A stretch of DNA of 63,667 bases, filler included. It is 11 parts of 11 records of this genome, joined end to end, with 100 filler letters (N's around TTAATTAATTAA, not from the genome) between each part and the next. Parts side by side here need not be neighbours in the genome. Positions count along the whole stretch, not along the records: positions 31,993 to 45,042 come from SRR7504441_7822; positions 45,143 to 49,531 come from SRR7504441_7826; positions 49,632 to 52,928 come from SRR7504441_7827; positions 53,029 to 56,307 come from SRR7504441_7828; 7 more parts are not named here. One strand, 5' to 3'. The notes below the pieces were generated by a model, which was not told where the DNA came from, did no database searches, and worked only from the letters and a program-made list of their open reading frames with translations. Position 1 is the first letter of the stretch. The number at the start of each line of letters is the position of its first letter. Shown in pieces: positions 44,763-56,407 of the stretch. A program made the translations under genes and the position numbers.

Positions 44763-45042
44763 ACAGGTAATGATACCTCTTGCGAGCAGGTGCCTCCATT
44801 GAAACAATCATGCGAAATTAAAATCATTGCGAGACATTCTTTACTATTGATAGAATCTAACTATGTACAAATATAACGAACCAAACGACACTGACTCGTA
44901 TGAGCCGATGATAAGCTTGCTCCACGTACGCTGTACGGAGCTCTTCGAATTCTCAGCAAGTTGATGACTTCCTCATAGCTTGAGAGATCTCTCTGATCAC
45001 CACATATCTTGCGATCAGTCGTCCATGAAGCCACCACCGTCG

Positions 45043-45142
45043 NNNNNNNNNNNNNNNNNNNNNNNNNNNNNNNNNNNNNNNNNNNNTTAATTAATTAANN
45101 NNNNNNNNNNNNNNNNNNNNNNNNNNNNNNNNNNNNNNNNNN
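45043..45142. other. Artificial contig linker
   Basis: N44-TTAATTAATTAA-N44. Confidence 0.98.
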
Positions 45143-46059
45143 AGACAGGTAAAGAGGATTGGACGCACCTGGGTGCAGCAATCGACAGGCTTGAGGCCAT
45201 CCAGAAGAGCCGGCCGTGCACTCTCAAAGAAGAGAACGATCTCTTAGAGTACCGCACGAGGTACTTACTGTCTTGTGTGGGAGCCTAACTTAGGCTTGGC
45301 AGGTATCGAACATCCATGGAGCAGTACTACGCCCAACACAGCAACGAAATTGACGACAGTCACGCAAAAATACTAGCCAATCTTCAAGATCTGGACCGGA
45401 GTAGGATACTGTTCAGCAAGAACAGCAAAGAGACGCTCATCTTTGAGATTGTGAGGCATGATGGTGTCAAAACATTCATACAGGCCCCGGAGAATCTCAC
45501 TCTACAGGGATTCCTACGAAGAGTAGGAGATTTGCCTAACTCCGACACAGCTGATCCCAAGTATGGCCAGCAGTATGTGCTCATGCAAGGCGAGCACACA
45601 GTGGTTTTATGCGAGAAAGACTTTGTATTTGGTCTGCACAAGGTCGGTCCAGGCACGCGGCTGACAGACCTTGGCTTCAACTTGGGCATCATGATCTTCT
45701 CTCAAGCTGTTGTTTGTGCCAGCCCTAGTAAAAGTTTTCCTCGTTTCATCAACAGGCTTGCCGCACAACGGGTAGATGCAGAGACTGTGGCATTCCCAGA
45801 GGAAGCTGCCGTCAGCAAGCTCTTGAAGGCATACAAAATAGACTTCTTTTTCCTACCCGATGACTTAGAAATCCTCGAGGACGCGACCCTGGCCTCTGCT
45901 GCACGACTCACGCGGCCGAAAGAGATCCCGTGGCGTGGCCAAGCACGGCATGAAAGTTCCCGGCCGGTCCAGTGGCAGCCTCCGCCAAAGGTCGGCGCGG
46001 AAAAGCAGTACCCGGATCAAATCAAAGTCGGTTCGTCCTCCCGAATGAATGCAAGCTGA
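45143..46059 (+). CDS. 3' part of a hypothetical protein (partial, intron 45261-45302)
   Basis: Open frame from the contig edge, GT..CTAAC..CAG intron, then a long exon to the stop at 46059; no family recognised. Confidence 0.6.
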
Positions 46060-46629
46060 TCATCATTTTATTTATTAGTGATCATCATAAAAAAGGTTAC
46101 TCCCGTTTTCATTTATACATGAATCAATCCAATTGTTTGGGTTTTGTACTTACTCTAGATTAACTCTAGATAGGACGAATAATTACCAAAGATCGTGGAC
46201 AAATGCTGGCCATCTTGTTCAGTTGTTTACAAGAACTTGGAGCATTGCTCAATTAATGCTTGAGCAATGATCGAGTGCTGGGCTGCACAATCATCATGAA
46301 TCATGAGCTTACCTAACGTTACTGTGATCTGATGATTCTCATCCGCTCACGATCATGATTTATTCACTTGCCGCGGCACGACACAATCAATTCATGCGCG
46401 ACACGCATGCCGACCGTGGCGTGCGGTCTGCTCCGACTCCGAGTGCTTCCGGCTATCTTCAGTCTTCTCGACCACATACTTGAAGCATTCAGCGAGCTTT
46501 TCGGTGGCGTTGTTAGTTTGATCCAGCAGCGACTGCTCCATCGCAGACACCTCCCGCTGCTGCCGCTGCACGGCGGGCTCCATTTTTTGATCCGAAAGCA
46601 ACGAATCATCACATTTCCGGGCTGTGCAG

Positions 46630-47652
46630 ATGCCGGGGCCCCTGCCAGTACTGGCGCTGCAGCTGGCAGTCGCGGGCGCGACAGCCGGCTCGTTCGCAAC
46701 AGCCGAGCTGCTGGGTAGCCTGTTCGCGCTGAATCGGCTCAGCGCGCTCTCTCTGCCGCCAGAGACGCTGGCTCGGTACAACTTCAGCGCGCCGGAGCCA
46801 CCCGTGTTTACCGCCTCGCCCCAGGCGCTGCAGTCCGGGACGGCGGTGGCTGAGCGGCCTGCAGGCGCTAAGATTACTGTCAGTGCCCCCGCAGCAGCCA
46901 GACCGGCTGGCGGCCACGCTCGGGCGGTGGGGAGCTGCGATCGTGCCGCGGGCGGTGCCAGCCCGAGCGGCCGCGGGCCTGAGGCGGCTTAGGTGAGTCC
47001 CCAGGCGGCAGCGGCGCTCGGAGCGGAGCTGGTGAGCGGACAGCACTGGGCACCCCCCATGCCAAAGCGAGTTCACCAGCCTGCTGGGAGGAGGGATGTG
47101 TCGCTCGGGATGACGCCGACAGTGAGTCGAGTGCTAGCTGGAGCAATCCGCGCAGTGGGCGGCGGGCTGGCGCGCGTGCTCGGACCAAACGCCTCGATGG
47201 TCGAACTGTCGTCGCTCACGGTCTGTGTGGGCACTCGCTGCACCGGGGGTTGAGGGCGTGTGTTGAAGGTCTACAGCGGAGCCAATGAGCAGCCGCCTCA
47301 TGCCGATGCCCAGATGGAGGAGGTGGAGGAACTTAGGACAATGCCACGGCTGATATCGGTTTTTGTGATGCTGTGTGACGTTGAGCCGTCCATGGGCAGC
47401 ACCGACGTGTGGCCTGGCACGCACACACACTTCCACTTCAACAACCGCTACCCTGACTCGGCTCCGTCCATCAGAGCTGCAGTACCCGTAGGTTCTCTCG
47501 TTCTGTGGGATGCGCGCACACTGCACCGTGGCTCAAGCCACTCGGCTGGACCAGCTCGGCCAGCCCTGTATTTCAGCCTTTTAGAGTCCAGGTCAAAGGA
47601 AAAAGTCAAAGCTAATCAGTTATTACTTACTCAGCTCATTACAGCTCAATGA
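46630..47652 (+). CDS. PhyH-family Fe(II)/2-oxoglutarate dioxygenase (about 3 introns)
   Basis: QPPHAD (HxD), GSTDVWPGTH, GSLVLWDARTLHRG, RPALYFS; signal-like N-terminus. Confidence 0.8.
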
Positions 47653-47997
47653 CATCAATACTCGCAACTATCTCGTAACTGTGCTAGATAAAATGTATGT
47701 GAGTGTGTGAGCGGTTGCGGCAGCTCGAGGCTTGCACTAGCAGCTAGCATGCTCTAGCTAGGACCACCGAATCTTCAGCCAGCCGGCTGCCAGCGCCAGG
47801 GGCGCCGCCAGTAGAACACACACGAGGCCGCCTTGCTTCAATACCATGGCCATGGCTGAGCCGCCGTCCGCCGGCGTTTTCGCCTCGCGTTCGTTGTTAA
47901 CTGGACTCCCTCTTTTTGGACGTCGTTGTACTCGTACCTGTAGTTAGTGTTGTTACAGTACGAATACTGCTGGAGTCTACTGACGGCAAAACCTTGA

Positions 47998-48882
47998 ATG
48001 GAGCAGCGCCTGAAGAGCCGGTGCCGCCGGCTGTGCGCGGCGGCCGAGTTCGAACCTGCAGCCGGTGAGGCCAACCCGTTGCTGGCCGAGCTGCTGGCCG
48101 AATCCCCGGAGCTGGCGAACGCCCCCGACCCGGACTTCGGACTCACAGCGCTGCGCTGTGCGGTGCGGGCCGGGCGGGTGGAGAACGTGCGGCGGCTGAT
48201 TGAGCTCGGGGCCGAACCGGAGGACGGCATGCTGGTCGAGGCAGCCGGGTTGCGCGAATGTGGAGCGGCCCGGCGAGTGATGGAGCTGCTGCTGGGGGCC
48301 GGGACGCCGGCGAGGTTCGAGGTCTGGGTGAGCCTGGCGCAGCGGCTGCCGGCCAACCTGAGCGAGCAGTGCTCGGACTGGGAGGAGCTGGCGGTATGGC
48401 TGGTCCAGGACGGCTTTCCGCTCTGCCGGGGCGCGGAGCTCGACGAGAATCGGCGGGGGGAGTACACCTTGCGATACCGTGGGGCTGGGAGGCCCGGTAG
48501 GGGGAAATACCAGATAGAGGGGACAGAGCGCGGGGACAGGACGATCACGGCGCTGCATCTGGTGGCGAGCAGAGGCAGCCTGCCGGTGCTCAGGGAGATG
48601 CAGCTGCACGGCGCTGACCCGGCAGCCAAGGACGCATACGGGCGAACGGCATATGATTGGGCTTCGCAGGCGGTGCAGCAGCAAGGGTTTGATCGGGTGC
48701 CCTGGTCCAGGCTGACACATAGGACCTTCCCGTCGGCCACGCGGGAGGGTGCGGTGGCGGCGGTGATGGTAGCGGGAGGTTCGAGCTCCAGCTTCTGGAG
48801 GCTGGTGGCGCAGAACGAGGTTGTGCTAGATTTGTTAGTCGAGCAACTAGCCGATTACGACGACAGAGATGTAGACATTTAG
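47998..48882 (+). CDS. Ankyrin-repeat protein
   Basis: GLTALRCAVRAGRVENVRRLIELGAEP and TALHLVASRG..LHGADPAAKDAYGRTAYDWA; intronless. Confidence 0.75.
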   Translation: MEQRLKSRCRRLCAAAEFEPAAGEANPLLAELLAESPELANAPDPDFGLTALRCAVRAGRVENVRRLIELGAEPEDGMLVEAAGLRECGAARRVMELLLGAGTPARFEVWVSLAQRLPANLSEQCSDWEELAVWLVQDGFPLCRGAELDENRRGEYTLRYRGAGRPGRGKYQIEGTERGDRTITALHLVASRGSLPVLREMQLHGADPAAKDAYGRTAYDWASQAVQQQGFDRVPWSRLTHRTFPSATREGAVAAVMVAGGSSSSFWRLVAQNEVVLDLLVEQLADYDDRDVDI

Positions 48883-49259
48883 GTTATTATAGCTTGATTT
48901 GATTATAGTACAAGTGCGCAACAAATGCAGGAGGCACTACGGCGCTGTGCAATCAACTTATACTCGTACAGTACGCAGTACGAGTACTCGTTACGGTATC
49001 AACTCGTCAACTCCTGGCCTAAGTGCCGAAAAATAAACCAGTGTGTATATGAGTATATTTGGTTCTTAGTATCACTCAATAGGTATGCGGCCGGAACCGG
49101 CGGCCCTCTTTGGTTTTGTGTCCAGAAGAAGCCGGGACGTTTGCACACGTGCGGATACGAGTAGCTACGATTGTACCATAGTCGATCCTTCATTGGACGG
49201 CGTGAGGCCTCAACAATTGTCACGAGGGCCTGCAGCGGCTAGTCGACTCCAGTTTGAGC

Positions 49260-49531
49260 TCATTCCGGGGCCGGTTTGGGCTCCTCGTGCTTAGGTAGCT
49301 CTCGCTTCTGGTCTTTAATCAGCATGATTCGCTCCTCCCCACCTTGGGCCCTGGGCTCCAGGAACAAGTTCCAGTCCTGTCGGTCCTGATTCCCTTCCTC
49401 GTCAAAGTTGATCACGGTGAGGAACGCCACTGTCCCGCAACTCACCCCGGCCGGCTCTGTGGGCCGCACCCCAATTGCCGCTGCCGAAACTTCTGGAATC
49501 CGTGGAATCTTTTGGGGGAATGGGCATACTA
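49260..49531 (-). CDS. 3' end of a hypothetical protein (partial)
   Basis: Exon, 40-nt GT-AG micro-intron, then an exon ending ...EEPKPAPE*. Confidence 0.45.
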
Positions 49532-49631
49532 NNNNNNNNNNNNNNNNNNNNNNNNNNNNNNNNNNNNNNNNNNNNTTAATTAATTAANNNNNNNNNNNNN
49601 NNNNNNNNNNNNNNNNNNNNNNNNNNNNNNN
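49532..49631. other. Artificial contig linker
   Basis: N44-TTAATTAATTAA-N44. Confidence 0.98.
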
Positions 49632-49814
49632 TCGGATGCGCTGACCGTTGCGCCACGCAGACTGTTCGTCGGGTTCGACGGTGCCGGGGCCGATCCGGCG
49701 CCGGCCGCGCCCGTCACCTGCGAGGGCGTCAAGTGCTTCACCCCCGTCTGCATGCCCGGAAAGATCCCGGGCCACGCGCCGGGATCCTGCTGCTTGTCCT
49801 GCGTTGCAGGGTAA
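49632..49814 (+). CDS. 3' end of a protein with a Cys-rich tail (partial)
   Basis: Frame ...CEGVKCFTPVCMPGKIPGHAPGSCCLSCVAG* from the contig edge. Confidence 0.4.
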   Translation, partial: SDALTVAPRRLFVGFDGAGADPAPAAPVTCEGVKCFTPVCMPGKIPGHAPGSCCLSCVAG

Positions 49815-50084
49815 CATTTGATGAGTGGCAATCGAGGATTGCTGGGAAATGGGGCACGTTGCCCACTTAAAACGGGCCCGTTGCATCCAGCATAAGTTGC
49901 CACATGCTAGGAGGCTGCAAGACATAAGTATTCTTAGTTTATTCTTAGTTTATTCTTCGGCACTCGGTATAGGTCGGGCAACTGCTTGCCTACAGTACTT
50001 ACTGCCAGCTGGGACCGGCTGTCCGGCTTGGAGCCAACACCTCGTGCCGTGCCTGATGCCGTTCCAGCCATGGGTGCAAATTGC

Positions 50085-52602
50085 TCACCCGCAACGAAGC
50101 TCTGCGGTATCAAACCATACTTTCCCGCCAATTGGTAGATACGGGGCCACACTGAATCCGATCCGCGATGAGCGCAGCCCACCTGCTGCAAGCTGTTGCC
50201 ATTCTGTGGTGAGCATCAACCCAGCAACTGTTTTGTTCAGATCAACTACCAGGGACAAGTGAGCCCCAGGCGGGGACGAACGAGCATACACACTCCCGTG
50301 GAACGAGGTACAGCTAGCAGTCAGCGAGTTGTTCAGTGCAGGTGATACGAGCAGATTGGGCTCAACGCCCGGCAGGCCAGGAGCCTCAAGAGGCGGGGCC
50401 GCCATATGCAATACCCCAGAGTGCCGCCCAGAGTGAGGAGCCGCAGTGTCTATGTCAAGCCGCACTCTGTCGTCCGTGAAGGTAGTCCTACGAACTTGCC
50501 AATCGCTCAGGACCACACCGGGTGCTGAAAGTTGCACGCGCTCGAACCCGGGGTCGGCCCATAGGTTTGCAGTGTCAGAAGCTGGATCGGGACAGCCCAG
50601 GCGGTACACGTTTGTTGCTTGATAGTCCAACATGTCGATGAACGATCCACCGGAGAGTTCAATAGGAAGCGGATCTGTGCCAGCAAAAATCCTAGTTGCA
50701 GACGAAATGTTGATTGGGAGATCGGTGATAGTGCAGCGAACCATCCCAGGCCTGCCGTTCAGATTGACTGCCACCAGGTGCCCGCAATTCGCCTTCTCTA
50801 ACCAGAGCTTGGCCAGCACATCGCCGCCTTCGAGCTTGCATTCCACCCCCGCCGACCAGGTCGGTGCTGCAAGCAGAGACGGGAGCATCTCCTGAATCTC
50901 GGCGTTGAACGAGCTCACGGCCGCGTTGGTCCGCCACATGGCCAGTTGAGGGTTGTTGAATACGTAAAAGTTGTTGCTGTGCGCATTCTCCTTTATCAAG
51001 CCAACGTACGCGTGGCTCCGCACAGCGGTCGGGTCCAAAATGCCAGAAGGCATCGGCATGTTCCAGAAAGGTTCCCAGGTCATGGGGTAATCAGCAAAGT
51101 AGGAGCGGGCTGGAGACCCGACTCCGCCCTCGTATGCTTCTTTCATTACGGCGTCAATGCCAAGCCCTGCGCCCTCCTCGGACCAAAACCAGGTTCCACC
51201 ACAAGCAACGGTTCCTGCAGACATCGGGTGATACGAGTCGATGCAAACTATCTAGCATAACAGTTATAAAGCCATGTACAGTTACCAAACATCAGGTGAT
51301 GCGGGTCCAACTTCCGGATGGAGCTGCGGATGGCCGCAATGGCCTGATACTCTTTGAGCGCTCCCTGCTCCTCATCCACATGGCAGCAATCGTCGCACGA
51401 GTAGTAGCCTGCCAATGCCGTGTGGTTTTTGACCGCATTTACAGCGTCTCGCACAAACGAGCAGTAATCGTACTCTCCACCGGGACAGTTGGCCAGATCT
51501 GTCGTATTGCGCAGAGTCTGATTTGACGAAAACGTGATGGCCAACTGGTCGACGCCTACGTCCACCAGCACATACACTCCAGCTGCGGCCGCCGCGTCCA
51601 GCAAGATGTTAAGGTCTTGATGCCTGTGTGAGTACCGGCCGTCAGGGTCCCAGGGTTTGCTCCACTCGATCCCGGTCCGGATGAACTTTATTCCCTGTCG
51701 GCCCCACTCTGTGGCCATCGACGCCTGCTCCCAGGCCGCCTGACTGTGCTGCCAATCGTACAAGTCCTGTCCTGATCTAAACGGATCCCTGAATAGAGAC
51801 GGCGACAGCCCAGCGCTCTCTTTGTCGTACTCGCCAGCGAACCAGCCGTTGGCGATCAGAGGCACCCCATCCGCCAACAGCGCCCGGCTGGCGTGATCGA
51901 TTTGAAACACTGTCACGGCTGAGCCCAGCTGGGGCGGCGGTGAGCGCTCAAACTGTCGGATGTGGACGGCTGCCAGCGTGCTGTCAACCCAGAGCGATAG
52001 GTTGACGAGCGCACTCAGGCTGGCCGGCAGTCCAGTCAGATCAAACCAGACCTGGTGGAACGGCACCCCGCCCGGCACCGGCTGGCGCACTGTCCGCCCA
52101 GCCAGTTCGAAGCTCAGCGAGAGGTTGCGCCCGGCCAGCGCCCGGTGAGTGGATAGCACCACACAGCCGCGGGCCTCACGCACGTACGGTCGCCGGCCGA
52201 AGGCCGGGGCGAAGCTTGCGTAGTGCTCGAAGAAGGCGGGGGCGAACCCGGGGACTGACTTGCCGGGGGCGGAGCTCACCGTGAGCGAGGAGTTTCCCGC
52301 GGTGATCACGGCTGGGACCGAGCACTCGACCAATTCCGGGCTGAGCACCCGGACGGGCAGCTCCAGGGAGTCGTCCCCCTTGCGCCCCCGAGATACCCTG
52401 GGAGCACCGCGGTGAAGGAGCCCACGCGGTCCAGCCGGCATCCGGCCAGCTGGCGTGCAACGAACTCAGGCTCGCCAGCCGTCCGGGTGAGCCGCACTAG
52501 GATCGGCCGCTCGATCGGTCCGGCGCTGATGTCGCCCTGCAGTGCGCCGGCGCCGGCCAGCAGCAGCACCCATGCCAGGAGCACTCGCGGTGCTCGGCGC
52601 AT
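50085..52602 (-). CDS. Secreted glycoside-hydrolase-like protein with C-terminal carbohydrate-binding-like domain
   Basis: Signal peptide; LLADGVPLIANGWF, LDAAAAAGVYVLVD, HTALAGYYSCDDCC, IRKLDPHH, MKEAYE (TIM-barrel GH-like); NLWADPGFE..PHSGRHS..VWFD (CBM-like). One ~69-nt intron near 51220-51288 and a frame break near 52385. Confidence 0.6.
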
Positions 52603-52928
52603 CGATCAATCTCGGGTGTTGTTGTTGCTTTGCGATCAGCGAAGAACTTCCGCGGCGCACTACCTTCTGCTCGTTGGCGTTCGAGACGAACACTTGCTGT
52701 CCGGGGATGATCCGACCGCCGCAGTGGTTGAACCCATTGGAGCACCATCCGGCCTCAGATGCCTTGGCCCCCTTGGTGGTGAACGGCTCCCCCGCACTCG
52801 CCGCCACTCCCTCGTTGCCGACTTGCAGCTTCTTGGCCTGCCTCCGCCGCTCGGGCACCTTTGCTTCTCCCTCCTCGTCAATACCAAGGAGCTGCTGTAC
52901 GTCAACCTCCACTACCATCGGCAAATGG

Positions 52929-53028
52929 NNNNNNNNNNNNNNNNNNNNNNNNNNNNNNNNNNNNNNNNNNNNTTAATTAATTAANNNNNNNNNNNNNNNN
53001 NNNNNNNNNNNNNNNNNNNNNNNNNNNN
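52929..53028. other. Artificial contig linker
   Basis: N44-TTAATTAATTAA-N44. Confidence 0.98.
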
Positions 53029-53461
53029 GCTTGTCGGATCAGCCCAGAGTTGTTGCCCGGGAGCACGAGGTAGCCGAATTGGACCGGCAGCCGCCCGATC
53101 GGCGGCAGGCTGGTCTGCAGCCGGCCCGGCCCGCTCCGTAGCCCGCGCCGCCTCCGCCGAGCATCCTCGGCCGCTGGCATCTCTCCGCGATTGGGGGCCC
53201 GATGGAACGCGGCTTCAGTTCCGTGTTTGGAACCAAGTCTGGGTGGTCCGGTGCCCAATTGTGTATCATGATAGGGTAGGTGAAAAGAGTACTAAATATC
53301 AAGCGTTGTAACGACGCGCGTACGACGCGCGAACGTGTACCTGACTCGCGCCTGAATTAAATCGTGAAAAAATAATATTAGTACGTCCAATGAAATGATC
53401 AGTAACCGTATTGTCACACGAGTCTCAATCAAGAGGGCTGAGCCGGGGGCGCGTGACGGAT

Positions 53462-54668
53462 CTATTTGGCGGCGACCATCTCCTTGACCTTCTGCTCTAG
53501 CAGCCGTTGGTCCTTGGCGAAGTTCCGGATCCCCTCGGCCAACTTCTCAGTCGCCATCGCATCCTCGTTGTGGTGCCACCGGAACTGCGCCTCGTCCAGC
53601 GACATCTGCTCCATGTCGAGCGCCCCCGCCGCCTCGGGCGTCAGCTTGGCCGCCACAGGGTCCTGTCCGCCCGGTTAGCCCTCGAATCCGACAGGCTGGC
53701 TGCCTGCATCTCTCCTAGCAGCTTTAGCAGCTTTGGGCTGACTGTGAGCGAGTCGCAGCCGGCCAGCTCGAGGATCTCGCCCACGTTCCGGAACGAGGCG
53801 CCCATGACCGTTGTCTGGTAACCGAACTTCTTATAGTAGTTGTAAATCTTATGCACGGACAGCACGCCCGGGTCCTCCGCTGCCTCGTACGACTCCTTGC
53901 CAGTGGACTTCTTGAACCTATCCCGGCTGAGCCCCGGGCCCGGCCAGCCCCGCACCAGTCCATAATCCGCCCCACAAACGGCGAAATCAGCGTCACCTTG
54001 GCCTCAGCGCACGCTACTGCCTGGGTCGCACTCAGCCGGGCGGCCAGGCCGGCGGCGCACCTGGGCGAAGGAGAAGAGCAGGGTCATGTTGCAGTGGATG
54101 CCCTCTTTCTCCAGTTGCTCGCCCGCCTTGATTCCTTCCCAGGTAGACCCCAGCTGCCCCGCCGCTCGCCGCGGCTCACCGCCGGGGGGCGCGCCTTAAT
54201 CAGAATGCGATCCTTGTCGATACCCATCTCCTTGTACATCCCGATCAGCTCCCTGGCCTTGGCCAGCGACCCTGCCCCCCGCTCGGCCGGGCCCGGGCCG
54301 CGGGGCCACCCTCGGTGTCGAAGGAGAGTCTGGCGTCGACCTCGGTAGAGACCCGCCCTGGCACGATCTTGAGGATCTGGCCCCGCCTGGGCGGCCGCCC
54401 GACCGCGGGGCAGCACCTCCGCCCCGAAGTTGACCGCCAGCTTGTCGCAGATGGTGGCCACCACGGTGGGGTCGTCCTTGGACTTCTTCTCCAGCCCGTA
54501 GGACACCGCCGAGTCGAAAAGCGCCGAGTACTTCTCCATCTTGGAGGCGGCCAGGATCAGGGACGGGTTGGTGGTGGCGTCCTGCGGGGTGTGCTCCTGG
54601 ATCGCGTCCACGTCGCCCGTGTCGGCCACGATCACTGTAAGCTTCTTGAGCTGCTCGAGGGACGACAT
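53462..54668 (-). CDS. TALDO1: Transaldolase (6 introns)
   Basis: [80 protein letters not shown]. Confidence 0.96.
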
Positions 54669-54740
54669 CCTGTTGCTCGGGCCACTGCACGGCCAGTAGA
54701 AAGTAACGGCAGCCCAGAATTTACGATTTGCTTTCGCAGC

Positions 54741-56065
54741 ATGCCCAACTCCAAGGAGAACCCGCTCGAGGCGCCCGCAGCTGGGGCCGGCGGCTCAGCC
54801 GGAGGGGGCAGGCGCTGCGTAAGACCGGGAACACGGCAGCCCAGCGGGTCCCGCTCAAAAGCTCCCGGTCCAGCAACGAGCCGGGCGAGAGCACCAGCAA
54901 GATGGGGCCGCCGCTCACAGAGAAGACCAGGATGCGCTCATCCAGCAGCAAGTGTCTCCCGCCCACGGACCGGGCTGAGCCGCGCGGCAGGCCGGCGCCG
55001 GTCCCTAGACTGGCCAACAGGACGCAGGAGTCCAGCGAGCGCCGGTGGACGCTGGCCGACTTCGACATCGGCAAACCGCTGGGTCGCGGCAAGTTCGGTA
55101 ATGTGTACCTAGCGCGGGAGAAGCGGACAAAATACGTCGTGGCGCTCAAGGCAGCCGGGCGGGCCGAGCGGGTCTGAGCCTAGGACAGGTGCTGTTCAAG
55201 GGCCAGCTGCAGAAAGCGCAGGTGGAGCACCAGCTGCGGCGCGAGATAGAGATCCAGTCGCATCTGCGGCACCCGAACATCCTCCGGATGTACGGCTACT
55301 TTTACGACCAGAACCGGATCTATCTGATCCTAGAATACGCCCCTAAGGCGCCCCCCCCGCCGTGTCGACACTGAGCCCACGCAGGGCGAACTGTACAAGC
55401 AGCTGCAGAAGGTCGGACGGTTTGAGGAGAAGCGAGCGGCCCAGGTGGCCGGGCCTGCGGGGCTAGCTGAGCCTGCGGGCAGTACGCGCTGCAGCTGGCT
55501 GGGGCACTCGACTACTGTCACTCTAAGCACGTGATACATCGGGACATCAAGCCCGAAAACTTGCTGCTCGGGGCCATGGGCGAGCTTAAGATCGCGGACT
55601 TCGGCTGGTCCGTGCACGCGCCCCACTCGCGCCGCAAGACGCTTTGCGGGACGCTCGATTATCTGCCGCCGGAGATGGTGGAGGGCAAGGACCACGACTG
55701 CGCAGTCGACCTTTGGAGCCTCGGGGTGCTCATTTATGAATTTATTGTGGGGAATCCGCCGTTCGAGGCGGCGGTGCCCGGGCTGGGCCGGGCCAGCGCT
55801 GACCGGCGGGCAGGGGCACACTGAGACGTATAAGCGTATCACGCGAGTACAGATGGAGTTTCCGGAATTTGTTTCGCCAGGCGCGGAGGACTTCATCTCG
55901 CGGCTGCTGGTCAAGAACTCGACCGACCGGATGAAACTGTCCGAGGTGCCAACGGGGCGATCCCGGGCTGACGGGGGACAGGTGCCGTCGCACCCTTGGA
56001 TCAGGCAGCACTGCCACCAGGAGATAGCCGACCTAGACAAGCTCATGCAAGAGCTGAACGTGTGA
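54741..56065 (+). CDS. Aurora-family Ser/Thr kinase (7 introns)
   Basis: [87 protein letters not shown]. Introns 54771-54811, 54952-54990, 55151-55188, 55348-55384, 55445-55482, 55774-55813, 55946-55981. Confidence 0.96.
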
Positions 56066-56307
56066 CCGCAGATTTAATTAATCACCGCGCGCTCAGGCTC
56101 GAGCCAAGCGCTAAGTAGGCGCTCAGGCAGTTGTAAATAGGCGAAGGGAACGGCCAGCTAGCTCACGACTTCTAGCTTAGACGATGACTCAGCGGGCCCG
56201 AGGGTTAAATACGATTTCAATTACAATGAGTGAGTCAATGATTGTGACAGTCATGTAAAACTTACTTGATTAGTGGGATAGCGTACAGCGACCGACTCGC
56301 ATGAAAT

Positions 56308-56407
56308 NNNNNNNNNNNNNNNNNNNNNNNNNNNNNNNNNNNNNNNNNNNNTTAATTAATTAANNNNNNNNNNNNNNNNNNNNNNNNNNNNNNNNNNNNN
56401 NNNNNNN
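56308..56407. other. Artificial contig linker
   Basis: N44-TTAATTAATTAA-N44. Confidence 0.98.

Noticed and set aside
46392-46583. Small minus-strand ORF divergent from the PhyH gene
   Set aside because: Helical-looking but short, with no recognisable family and an unclear exon structure.
52466-52928. Minus-strand ORF overlapping the start of the GH-like gene
   Set aside because: At a contig edge, with competing open frames on both strands and no motif support.
53462-56065. Alternative genetic code, readthrough or programmed frameshifting to explain broken conserved genes
   Set aside because: In these genes every break is resolved by a G(T/C)..AG micro-intron, and TAA, TAG and TGA all occur as terminal stops in the window.
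6119-56407. Repeated TTAATTAATTAA motif flanked by Ns as a biological repeat or insertion site
   Set aside because: Identical 100-nt six-frame-stop linkers joining contigs; artificial. ORFs running into them (..XXXLIN) are artefacts.
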